Shown: piece after piece, positions 23,973 to 32,000 of the stretch
Layout: each line of letters opens with the position of its first letter
How positions within the stretch are numbered: position 1 is the first letter of the stretch
From: Methanococcus maripaludis
Lineage (GTDB): Archaea > AGJL01 > Methanococci > Methanococcales > Methanococcaceae
Direction: 5' to 3'
Length of the DNA: 32,000 nt
Assembly (NCBI RefSeq): GCF_002945325.1
Contig: NZ_CP026606.1
Span: 450,001-482,000 of the forward strand
Notes under the pieces: model-generated
What the model saw: only the letters and a program-made list of their open reading frames with translations
What the model was told of the DNA's origin: nothing
Databases searched by the model: none
Made by a program: the position numbers and the translations under genes

Positions 23973-24824
23973 ATGAAAGTTGGGGGGATCATTAACGATG
24001 TATGCATTGATACATGTGTACTTTACTGTTTATTACTAATATTAAAGTATGAGCAACATTATTCAGCTCCTTTTTTTTCAAAACAGCATTTTCACACTGA
24101 AAAAACCGTATATGATAATGAAATAGACTCTTTTATTAAATCCAAGGCACTTAAAATTAAATTTAAAAGATTTACATTATCAACGTTGGGCGATGAAATT
24201 CAAACAAAATACTACGAATCCGATAAGTTAGATAACAATATGAAAAATTTTTTTGATGAATTAAGGAAAGTTTATCGTGATGATTTTTTTAATAGTTATT
24301 ATAATGAACTTAAAAATAATGGTATTTATGTGCATGATCTAGAAAGCTTCATAAACGACTGTTATTGTGGAAAAACCGTATATGATAATATATTGCCAAA
24401 TCGGAAAGAATATCCTCTCCAAGACGGTCTTTTAATTAATTTAATTAAACTTATAGCTCAGGATACTGACAAGATCTTTCAGTATAATGCCTCCGGAAAA
24501 AAGAATGTTGGTGAACACATATTATATGTTCTTGCAATATTATTAAATGCTACCGATTTTGTAACAATTGATTACAGAGTCTGCGATAGCATATATGAAA
24601 AATTTAACGTTCCGGAAAATGAAAAGAGAGGTACTTCTTCTTATCCTTGGTCAGTGGGTACAAAAGGTTTTGCTACGTATCTGGAAGAAGTTTTAAACGG
24701 CCATAATAAAGAATTAATTGCGTATTTAATCATTTCAAGACATTTTTTAAAAACTTTTCAGGGTAAGGATCATTATGAAATAAGAAAGATTAACGCCCTT
24801 TTAGACCATTATGAAAAAGTTTAA
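23973..24824 (+). CDS. hypothetical protein, 283 aa, with PIN-like motifs
   Basis: The N-terminal VCIDTCVLY and C-terminal LLNATDFVTIDYRV resemble the first and last acidic motifs of PIN domains, with a large insertion between them. The GGGGGA RBS lies within the end of the previous gene. Confidence 0.55.
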   Translation: MKVGGIINDVCIDTCVLYCLLLILKYEQHYSAPFFSKQHFHTEKTVYDNEIDSFIKSKALKIKFKRFTLSTLGDEIQTKYYESDKLDNNMKNFFDELRKVYRDDFFNSYYNELKNNGIYVHDLESFINDCYCGKTVYDNILPNRKEYPLQDGLLINLIKLIAQDTDKIFQYNASGKKNVGEHILYVLAILLNATDFVTIDYRVCDSIYEKFNVPENEKRGTSSYPWSVGTKGFATYLEEVLNGHNKELIAYLIISRHFLKTFQGKDHYEIRKINALLDHYEKV

Positions 24825-25076
24825 TTGTTTTTAAAATTTCTTTTTTAAATTTTAAAATAACCTTATCCTTTTAATTTTAAGAATTCTTATCTTAAATTGC
24901 TCTTTTTAAATAGTAATAAACGCCCATGAATAAACCTTTAAATTATTTATGCGACCATTTACAATGTGATATTATTCAGGGATTAAAGAAATATTACTAT
25001 AAGGGGTGTTAAAATCGAAATAAACAAGAGTTCTAGACATTCTAAAATAACGGGTGATTTTTCAGAATATATTGTA

Positions 25077-25499
25077 TTGTACTGGCTTTCAAAATCGGGT
25101 TTTGAATGTGCGAGGGTTGATCATACAGGTATAGATTTAATCGCAAAAAACAAAGAAACAGATGAATTAATGGGAATTTCTGTTAAAGGTAGGTCCAGGT
25201 CAGAAAATACTGAAAATACTTCGTTAAACATCAAGAATAGTGATTTTGACAAGGTTGATTTGGCATGCGAGGCATTTGGATGCATTCCTTACTTTGCACT
25301 AGTGTTCGATTTAAAAAATACTATGTACCTGTTCATCATTTCAAAAGAAAAGCTGTTGAAAATACATCCCCCTAATAAGGCCGCATGCTCATGGAAGATG
25401 ACTGACAAAAAAATTGGAGAATATCTCAAAGATGAGGAAATCAAAACTATAAAATTTAATTACGAGAATTTATCTTGGTGGGATGAATCTAAAAATTAA
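25077..25499 (+). CDS. PD-(D/E)xK nuclease-like protein (Hjc/DUF4365-like fold motif); true start probably upstream of the track start
   Basis: The pattern GFECARVDHTGIDLIAKN...ELMGISVKGRS fits D...D-h-h-A...x-V-K. The frame is open from 24987. GGGGTG lies at 25003-25008, but no canonical start occurs before TTG 25077. Confidence 0.5.
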   Translation: MYWLSKSGFECARVDHTGIDLIAKNKETDELMGISVKGRSRSENTENTSLNIKNSDFDKVDLACEAFGCIPYFALVFDLKNTMYLFIISKEKLLKIHPPNKAACSWKMTDKKIGEYLKDEEIKTIKFNYENLSWWDESKN

Positions 25500-25731
25500 G
25501 GATGTAATTTATAATATTTTTTTAACTATTTTTCTTTGATTTTAAAGCTAAAAAACGAATTTAAAACGTTATTTCAATAAATTATAAATAATATAAGCTC
25601 TTTTATTTAATCAGGTAGAGTAAATTTTTTTAATTCTTATTTTGAGATTTATCAATCGTTGAAAAATAAGATAAGCCCCGTGATAACTCTATCGACTTTT
25701 TTAAATATCCTCATTTCCCCCTCTTTTTAAG

Positions 25732-26067
25732 GTGATTATTTTGATTAAAATCTGTCCGTATTGTTTAAAGCCTGTTGAACATTTTGAAAGGGATTATCAC
25801 AAATCCGAAGTCAAAGCTGTCAATGTTCATACGAGTAACAAGAATTGCAGTGTTTTACAGACTGGTTTTGTTAAAAATCAGGCGAAATGTTCAAACATTC
25901 AGAGTTTGAAAATAAATGCAGGAAAAATTGCTAAAGATTTGAATTTATCTGAAATTCAAAAGAAAGACTTTTTTAATTCGATTATCAAGTTAAAACGACA
26001 TAAAAACCACCTGAAAGATTATGTTATTTTGCAAAGTGCATTAAACACCGTTTTGGTGGGTGGTTAA
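25732..26067 (+). CDS. small Cys/His zinc-finger-like protein, about 108-111 aa; first gene of the membrane/secreted operon
   Basis: ICPYCLKPVEHFERDYH near the N-terminus. AAGGTGA at 25729-25735 followed by in-frame TTG 25741. Confidence 0.55.
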   Translation: MIILIKICPYCLKPVEHFERDYHKSEVKAVNVHTSNKNCSVLQTGFVKNQAKCSNIQSLKINAGKIAKDLNLSEIQKKDFFNSIIKLKRHKNHLKDYVILQSALNTVLVGG

Positions 26068-28021
26068 TTTGATAAAACGTTATTTTCTTTTTTTGTTGGT
26101 TTTAATGTGTGCAGTTGGTACAGTTAATGCCGTAAACCCTACTGTTCCAGATATGTGTACCGCCACAGAATTTTATGTCATTCTTTCAGATGACACAATG
26201 TCACAAGATTTAGTTATTTCGACATTATCTGCTTATGATTTTAGCGTGTCCGCACCAGTAATATCTGGCATTGACAGTCAAACTATTTATTTTGAGTCAG
26301 AAAATGACCTTGGGCGGTTTTGTTCAATAATAAGTACAACAAATAAAGTATTACCTTTTGCAGGGGCTTTTGATGTTTATAAAAATGGGGAAAGAACTCC
26401 CATGACCGTGATATTACTTGACGGTCAAGCATATACTCCGTATGGTGACTCATTTTATCAGTATGTCGATCTGAATATGACAGGTTCCCAAATAGGCTAT
26501 GTTTATGCATGGATTTCTAACACATACAGCCAAAATTATTTAACCTTGCTCCTTAACGATGCGACGGTAGTTTCATGTTCGGGGGACGCTTCAAAAACTC
26601 AATATCTATCCAGTACATTTTTTCAAAATAATGTACTCGCTATTCATTGGAAAAACTTAAATGGTTATGATAAATTAACTGCTTCTATCGTATTATTTGA
26701 TTATGTGGATTCTGCCACGTATTCGCCAGATGATAGGTGCGATTTTACAGTATCCGAGATATACACGCCACCAGAACGGGCAACCATTGATATATACACA
26801 GAACCCGCAGTCGATATATACAATAATCAAAATAACGAATTTTTGGGAACAACAGATAACGGCGGGTATTTGGCTTTGTCTTTGTTTCTTGGCGAAACTA
26901 CATTAAAATTCGTTAAAGATGGATACTGGGACACTTTAAAAACATTTACGGTAGCTACAGAAAACAATAGTGAAATATATGTTTCAATGACCCCAAGAAA
27001 TGCCATTTTCCAAGTTTCAAAAGAATTTTCTGGAAATATCTATCCAAATTCAGTCGCTTCTCTTTCAATGGATGTAATCCCGGTTAAAACAGCATATGCT
27101 ACAAAATTGAGAGTTTCAGGAGTAGAAGTAAACAAAGTTTATTATCAAACACAAGAACTCCCAAAAACAGCTGATGGATCTTACATTATTGGCGATATGT
27201 CAAGCCCCCAAAATATTGTAATTGATTTTAAAACTACGTCGTCCTGGGGTGAAAGGGCGTTTACTGTCGAATTATCTGCAACAGATATCGAAGGAACAGC
27301 CTATACAAACTTAGAAACGATTAATTATAATGTGTTAGAACTTCCGTTTTTATTTGAAACACCTGATCAATGGGCCATTGGTTCGAATGACGTAACTTTA
27401 ACAGATATGTCTGGTGAATCATATTCTGTTCTTATGGTTTTGTATGATGAATCAGGAACTGAAAAGTGGAGTTCAAGCACAAATCTTTTAGAATACTGCG
27501 ATTACACGTTTGAAGTTCCAATTGAAGACGCAGGAGAATACACTCTTGAATTGAACGCAAAATCTGGAACTGTTAAATCATACTATTCGATTGAAATAAT
27601 CGAGCCTGTATCATTAATTAGTGATTTTTTAACTGCATCTCCCGGAAATGTTGCTACAGTGCAGTTTAAAATTTCAAACCCGACTGAAAGCGTAAAATAC
27701 TATACTGCTGAATTATCGTGTCCATTTTACAATGAAACAGTTGATAAAACGTTTTCAATCGCCCCTGGAACAGTTGAAAAAACAGTTGACATTTCGTTTG
27801 AAGTTCCTGAAGGTCTTGAAATGGAATACTACCAGTTAACACTTGAAGTATTCAATGAAGGAGATACAGAGCCGATATATTCTGGAAATATTGTTTTAAC
27901 AATTTCGACTAGTTCACTTTTCCTGGCTTCAGTTCCTGGGGGTAACACTACACTAATTCTTTTAGCTGCTGCAGTTCTTTTAATTGCGGGAACATTTGCA
28001 GCATTGAGGCTGAAAAAATGA
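26060..28021 (+). CDS. large secreted surface protein, about 650 aa, with signal peptide, PEGA/CarboxypepD_reg-like and CARDB-like beta domains, and a C-terminal TM anchor
   Basis: Signal sequence IKRYFLFLLVLMCAVGTVNA. The segment IDIYTEPAVDIYNNQNNEFLGTTDNGGYLALSLFLGETTLKFVKDGYWD is PEGA-like. The C-terminus is LILLAAAVLLIAGTFAALRLKK. The likely start is TTG 26069, after GGTGGGTGG. Confidence 0.75.
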   Translation: MVNLIKRYFLFLLVLMCAVGTVNAVNPTVPDMCTATEFYVILSDDTMSQDLVISTLSAYDFSVSAPVISGIDSQTIYFESENDLGRFCSIISTTNKVLPFAGAFDVYKNGERTPMTVILLDGQAYTPYGDSFYQYVDLNMTGSQIGYVYAWISNTYSQNYLTLLLNDATVVSCSGDASKTQYLSSTFFQNNVLAIHWKNLNGYDKLTASIVLFDYVDSATYSPDDRCDFTVSEIYTPPERATIDIYTEPAVDIYNNQNNEFLGTTDNGGYLALSLFLGETTLKFVKDGYWDTLKTFTVATENNSEIYVSMTPRNAIFQVSKEFSGNIYPNSVASLSMDVIPVKTAYATKLRVSGVEVNKVYYQTQELPKTADGSYIIGDMSSPQNIVIDFKTTSSWGERAFTVELSATDIEGTAYTNLETINYNVLELPFLFETPDQWAIGSNDVTLTDMSGESYSVLMVLYDESGTEKWSSSTNLLEYCDYTFEVPIEDAGEYTLELNAKSGTVKSYYSIEIIEPVSLISDFLTASPGNVATVQFKISNPTESVKYYTAELSCPFYNETVDKTFSIAPGTVEKTVDISFEVPEGLEMEYYQLTLEVFNEGDTEPIYSGNIVLTISTSSLFLASVPGGNTTLILLAAAVLLIAGTFAALRLKK

Positions 28022-30048
28022 TGAATTCAAAACTATTTTCTATTTTCTGCATTTTTTTAATTGCTTCTCTACCCTCTGCGAATGCTATTTCGGTATTGGG
28101 ACATGAATTAAATGCAGGATGGGATGATGTAGCAGCCCTTGGTGTTGGGGGAGTTGCACTTGGTGCAGTTGCAGTAACTGCCGGAGCTCCCGTACTTGTT
28201 GTTGCAGGAATTGGAATTGGTGGAGCGATTGCAGTCGATTATGCGTATAGGTGGGCTACAGGAAAAGACGTAGAAGAATCTGCAGCAGTTACGGGAGCTG
28301 TAAAGACGAACGTGACTGATGAAGAATATGTAAATGGTTCTTACGTCTACGAAGAACTTGCAGGATACCGACAATACTCAGAAGAATCTGCAGCAAAGGA
28401 TATTGCAGAAATCAAAGATAAATTAGAGTCCGGAATTGGAACATACTCGTTTAAAACTTCAGGGACTTTATCAGACGTTTCAGTTTCGATGAAAGGACCT
28501 GACAAAATATATGGGTTTTCAGCGTTTCCAGTTCAGTTGAAGTTTGATGAAGCATTAACTGGCTCAAAAAGTTCCTATGTAAAAATTGAAAGTGTAAAAA
28601 TATACCTTGTAGATTCTGATGGCGTTAAATGGAATGAAAGGACATATTCAGATGATATAAAACTTCAAGAAGAATCAAATGATTATCCCGATTCAATTGA
28701 AGAATATATTTTAAATTTCACAATGAAAGCGCCTGATCCATACATTGGAAAGGCAAAATCGCAAGTAACAAATGCCCCAGATAGAGAAATTCTTCAGGAG
28801 CTCTTAGGAGCAGAAGTTAAAGAGTTTGAACTTGTTGTTGAAATTAATGGATATGCAAAACTGTACAAAGAAGAATCAGGATACAAACTGGATCCGATAA
28901 CGGGTCTAGAAGTATGGAAAACCTGGGAAGAATATGATAAAACAATTACAATAGATACAAAACTTACAACCCTTGAAGCATGGGATAGAATACACAACGG
29001 TGTTTATTATGTTGATGGAGCTGATGGATCCCTCCCAACTAAATTCGTAAACGAAGTAACCCCAATAGCCTATTCTTCTTATGCAAATGGAGCAACTTCA
29101 AACATTATTGGTCGAGTTTGGGCAAGTCCTGTACACTGCTACAATTCATCAGCACAGTACAAATTTATCCTTGTTGGACAACCTGAGAATTTAAAGCCGG
29201 TTCCAGTAACTATTGAAGATGATTATAGGGCCTTAGTCCTAAAATTAAGAGATGATGGGGTTGCAACAATTGCTTCAGAAACTCCTGGAAACTTCCAGAA
29301 TATGGCAGTCCATAATGGGGTTACAACTTCGCTTAATTATCTAAAAGACGATTCTACAGAAGCTTTTGAAACCTATTTTATTGTAATTGCGGATGTTGAC
29401 GATGATATTGACTCAGCACTTCCAGTATGGTGCATTATCCAGCCAAGAATCTCTGTAATTGACAACGTGAAATACTCATTATCTGAAGAATTCAAAGAAG
29501 AAATTCTTGAGTTACTTTCGGATGGCTCAATTTCTGATTCAGATACTGAAAGAATTACAGAAATCATTGAAATTTCTGAAAACAGTTTAAAAGAAAAACA
29601 GTACGTTGCAGAAATTGAATCTGGAAAATACGAAGATAACGAAAAAGCAAGTAATGCAATTTCAAACGCTTTAGAAGATTATGAAAAAGCCTTTGAATAC
29701 TATGAAAAGGCGAAAAATACTGATGATCCTGAAGAGGTAAAAGTTTACACTTATCTTGCAGGGGATATCTATGAACCAGCAGGGGATTACTGGAGTGAAG
29801 CTGCAGAAAAATACAATTTAGGACTTGATGATCAGGGAAATGCACTTGCAAGTAATGCTGAAAAACTTGAAAGTTTGGCATCTGAATACGAACCCAGTTT
29901 ATGGTTTACTGCAGGATCCACCATTTCTGAATGGTGGGATCAGTTTAAGTCTGGTTTTGGTATCGGTGACGTTCCAAACACTGTTTTAATTATTGTTGTA
30001 GTCATAGTCCTCGTCTGTGGTGCAGCAATTGTCATTAAAGTATTATAA
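28018..30048 (+). CDS. large membrane-anchored or secreted protein, 676 aa
   Basis: ATGA overlap with the previous gene. It has an N-terminal signal sequence, a Gly/Ala/Val-rich hydrophobic segment, a helical acidic region and a C-terminal TM (VLIIVVVIVLVCGAAIVIKVL). Confidence 0.75.
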   Translation: MMNSKLFSIFCIFLIASLPSANAISVLGHELNAGWDDVAALGVGGVALGAVAVTAGAPVLVVAGIGIGGAIAVDYAYRWATGKDVEESAAVTGAVKTNVTDEEYVNGSYVYEELAGYRQYSEESAAKDIAEIKDKLESGIGTYSFKTSGTLSDVSVSMKGPDKIYGFSAFPVQLKFDEALTGSKSSYVKIESVKIYLVDSDGVKWNERTYSDDIKLQEESNDYPDSIEEYILNFTMKAPDPYIGKAKSQVTNAPDREILQELLGAEVKEFELVVEINGYAKLYKEESGYKLDPITGLEVWKTWEEYDKTITIDTKLTTLEAWDRIHNGVYYVDGADGSLPTKFVNEVTPIAYSSYANGATSNIIGRVWASPVHCYNSSAQYKFILVGQPENLKPVPVTIEDDYRALVLKLRDDGVATIASETPGNFQNMAVHNGVTTSLNYLKDDSTEAFETYFIVIADVDDDIDSALPVWCIIQPRISVIDNVKYSLSEEFKEEILELLSDGSISDSDTERITEIIEISENSLKEKQYVAEIESGKYEDNEKASNAISNALEDYEKAFEYYEKAKNTDDPEEVKVYTYLAGDIYEPAGDYWSEAAEKYNLGLDDQGNALASNAEKLESLASEYEPSLWFTAGSTISEWWDQFKSGFGIGDVPNTVLIIVVVIVLVCGAAIVIKVL

Positions 30049-30068
30049 TTCTTTAAAACTTTTTTTAG

Positions 30069-30593
30069 GTGATTTTTTTGGCTTCAAACCCAAATAGCTC
30101 AAGCCCTAAATCATTGCCCCATTGGCTAATCTTTTCTTTGAAAATGGTCGGGTGTGGTGTTGGTTTTGCAGGCCTGATGTGGTATATAATGAATAATTCT
30201 GTTATGGGTTCTGATGTTGTTCGGGGCCTTGCAGCAGTTCCATTTGTATTTTACTTAATGGCTGAACTCTTAGATACAATAGTGGACATGAATAAAGTTG
30301 TATACACTCCCCTTTTTAAAAACTATTCTGGACATGTAGCTATTGGATTAACCATTATAACGATAGTTTGCATGTTCTTTGTAACACTTTGGGCCTTGTC
30401 TGGTTCAATTACTCTTTCAATTGGTTCAGCAGGTGCTTCAAGCGTGGTAGTTGCAGCAATCTTTGCATTGTACCTACTTGCCCCAAACACTGGAAAAGAA
30501 AAACTTCTTTTATACATGTTTGTTGGTGCAACAATTGCAACAAAGTTCGCGTACTTGTCAATAATACCAAGTTTCTCAGGCTTTGGGCTTTAG
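30069..30593 (+). CDS. polytopic membrane protein, about 171-174 aa
   Basis: AGGTGA at 30067-30072 with in-frame TTG 30078. There are 4-5 hydrophobic helices. Confidence 0.65.
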   Translation: MIFLASNPNSSSPKSLPHWLIFSLKMVGCGVGFAGLMWYIMNNSVMGSDVVRGLAAVPFVFYLMAELLDTIVDMNKVVYTPLFKNYSGHVAIGLTIITIVCMFFVTLWALSGSITLSIGSAGASSVVVAAIFALYLLAPNTGKEKLLLYMFVGATIATKFAYLSIIPSFSGFGL

Positions 30594-30618
30594 GTGGTTT
30601 AAAATGTAGGTGTAAATT

Positions 30619-30936
30619 ATGATTAATCAATTAATTGTAGTTATCTTATCTTTTATCCTGTCAATGGTTTTAAAACCACAAGTGGAAGTTATTGGTCAGG
30701 GTTTTGGATTATCGGGACTTCTTTCTTGGATTGTTCCAACACTAATTGTTTTATTATGCGTTTGGAAAATAGGTTCTGATAAATGGAATTTAGGCGATTT
30801 AATCGCTTCTTTTGTTTTAATTGTACTTATTTTAATGTATTTTTACCAAGATGTTTCCCAGATTTTCCTTGAATGTTCAAGGATCATGCTTGGGGCATGT
30901 GTCGGTGCAATAGTCGCTTATTCCGCTAAAAAATAG
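30619..30936 (+). CDS. membrane protein, 105 aa
   Basis: AGGTG RBS and about 3 TM helices. Confidence 0.6.
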   Translation: MINQLIVVILSFILSMVLKPQVEVIGQGFGLSGLLSWIVPTLIVLLCVWKIGSDKWNLGDLIASFVLIVLILMYFYQDVSQIFLECSRIMLGACVGAIVAYSAKK

Positions 30937-30951
30937 TGGTGGTGAGTTTAT

Positions 30952-31188
30952 GTGAACTTTGAATCAATAATTCCAATAATTCAAGCTTATTGGATTCAGA
31001 TTGTTATAATAATGCTTGTAACTCTTTTAATTAAAAATATTAAGGCAATAATTCTTGCCACCGCAGTTGTTTTTTCAATAAGTTATTTTGGATTTCTGGA
31101 TTTTTCAAACGTTGATTTTTCGGAAATCATTGAACAGGTTAATTATTTAATTGGAGGTATTGAATGGCAGAAATTATTGGTAAGGTAA
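30952..31188 (+). CDS. membrane protein, 78 aa
   Basis: GGTGGTGAG RBS at 30938-30946, GTG start, 2 TM helices. Confidence 0.55.
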   Translation: MNFESIIPIIQAYWIQIVIIMLVTLLIKNIKAIILATAVVFSISYFGFLDFSNVDFSEIIEQVNYLIGGIEWQKLLVR

Positions 31189-31292
31189 AACGAAAAAAAG
31201 GATCTTTCGTCTACGTTGACGGAAAAGGAAACGTGATTCAAAAGAATCGAAGTGAAATGAAGAAAAAGGCAGGTAAAAAATCTAAAAGGTGA
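31164..31292 (+). CDS. micro-ORF, 42 aa, highly basic
   Basis: GGAGGT at 31153-31158 lies 5 nt before ATG 31164. Manual translation: MAEIIGKVKRKKGSFVYVDGKGNVIQKNRSEMKKKAGKKSKR. It overlaps the end of the previous gene. Confidence 0.45.
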   Translation: MAEIIGKVKRKKGSFVYVDGKGNVIQKNRSEMKKKAGKKSKR

Positions 31293-31297
31293 AACTA

Positions 31298-32000
31298 ATG
31301 GCTAAAAATAATATATGGATTGGCCTTGCGATTGCAGTGATCCTCGTTGCTGCAGGAACGTGGTATTACTTAAGTCAGGATGATGCAGGGGGAATTATTG
31401 TACCTACCGGAACAACATTCTCATCAGATGCAGTATTTAACAGTGAAACGGGGGACGTTTTAATTACATTCAATGCTTCAAAAGAAAATATAACCGCAGA
31501 TTCAATTGAACTATATGTTTCATATGATGAAGTAACATTTACAAAAACAAATACCTTCGAAGACGTGGCATTCCCTATTGATGTTGAAGTAACGCCTGAA
31601 GAAGGAGAAGAAAACCTTTACTATTACGCTGTAGTTTCGTACAGTGACAAAACTTACAGATTGCCTACAGATGCAGGATCTTATGAAACTGTTGAAATAA
31701 TTGTTTCAAACACTACTGAAGAAAATACAGATCTTTTGACGTTCACTGCAGTATCTGACTTTGATAACACCACAGGAATTGTTTTATTCTCGCTTTCCGC
31801 TTCAGAAGACAATAAAACTGCTGATGTTTTATTATTCACTTCATACGATAACACAACATTCACAAATACTGTAAATTCAACCGCATTGGATCTTCCAGGA
31901 ACTTTTGAATTTACTGCAGATGCTGCTGAAACAGATCTTTATTACTACTTAGAAATTGTCTGTGATGGAAACACATCAAGACTCCCTGCTGAAAGTGCTG
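31298..32000 (+). CDS. membrane-anchored surface protein with tandem repeated domains; 3' end beyond the window
   Basis: GGTGA RBS and ATG 31298. I read the frame as open to the window edge, which explains its absence from the track (no stop). It has an N-terminal TM (IWIGLAIAVILVAAGTWYY) and two roughly 95-aa repeats ending LYYYAVVSYSDKTYRLPTDAG and LYYYLEIVCDGNTSRLPAESA. Confidence 0.7.
   Translation, partial: MAKNNIWIGLAIAVILVAAGTWYYLSQDDAGGIIVPTGTTFSSDAVFNSETGDVLITFNASKENITADSIELYVSYDEVTFTKTNTFEDVAFPIDVEVTPEEGEENLYYYAVVSYSDKTYRLPTDAGSYETVEIIVSNTTEENTDLLTFTAVSDFDNTTGIVLFSLSASEDNKTADVLLFTSYDNTTFTNTVNSTALDLPGTFEFTADAAETDLYYYLEIVCDGNTSRLPAESA

Overview
AT-rich (about 30% GC) archaeal DNA. 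The GGTGA-type ribosome-binding sites, frequent TTG/GTG starts, N-glycosylation sequon-rich surface proteins and an S-layer-type C-terminal domain point to Methanococcales. No database search was possible, so all calls rest on motifs read by eye.

Most of the window looks like one large integrated plasmid or provirus.

- Left boundary: a 3' fragment of tRNA-Ser(GCU) at 2587-2640, running from the anticodon loop to the acceptor end with no 5' half, is a classic att footprint. Its orientation places the element to the right, with the intact tRNA probably beyond 32000.
- Replication and integration core (7.3-14.4 kb, minus strand): a GGTAACC iteron array that is a candidate origin, a 1010-aa primase-polymerase plus AAA+/SF3 helicase fusion, a tyrosine integrase, and a tightly coupled operon of about 11 micro-ORFs. 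Five of these fall below the 60-aa ORF-track cutoff.
- Accessory cassettes:
  - A RelE-like two-gene toxin-antitoxin cassette lies between 84-bp direct repeats that copy the 3' end of a neighbouring gene.
  - A 137-aa gene occurs twice (4024-4437 and 20999-21412), at about 94% nucleotide identity with almost only synonymous changes.
  - Three paralogous winged-helix regulators each sit next to a promoter region carrying repeated operator-like sequences.
  - Two adjacent cassettes encode a TIR-domain protein and a deoxyribosyltransferase/TIR-like Rossmannoid protein. They are bounded by three copies of a roughly 80-117 bp repeat that contains relics of a regulator gene's last codons.
  - A secreted C1 (papain-like) cysteine peptidase, a truncated helicase fragment, and a 3-4 gene cluster with PIN-like and PD-(D/E)xK-like nuclease motifs are also present.
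- Right end (25.7 to beyond 32 kb): a translationally coupled operon of large secreted or anchored proteins and small polytopic membrane proteins. It is a candidate envelope or DNA-transfer module and recalls what I remember of pT26-2-type integrated elements.

The most interesting candidates for an undescribed system are the repeat-bounded TIR / NDT-like pair, the repeat-flanked cassette-insertion pattern itself, the nuclease-motif cluster and the membrane operon. No rRNA, complete tRNA or CRISPR array was seen.
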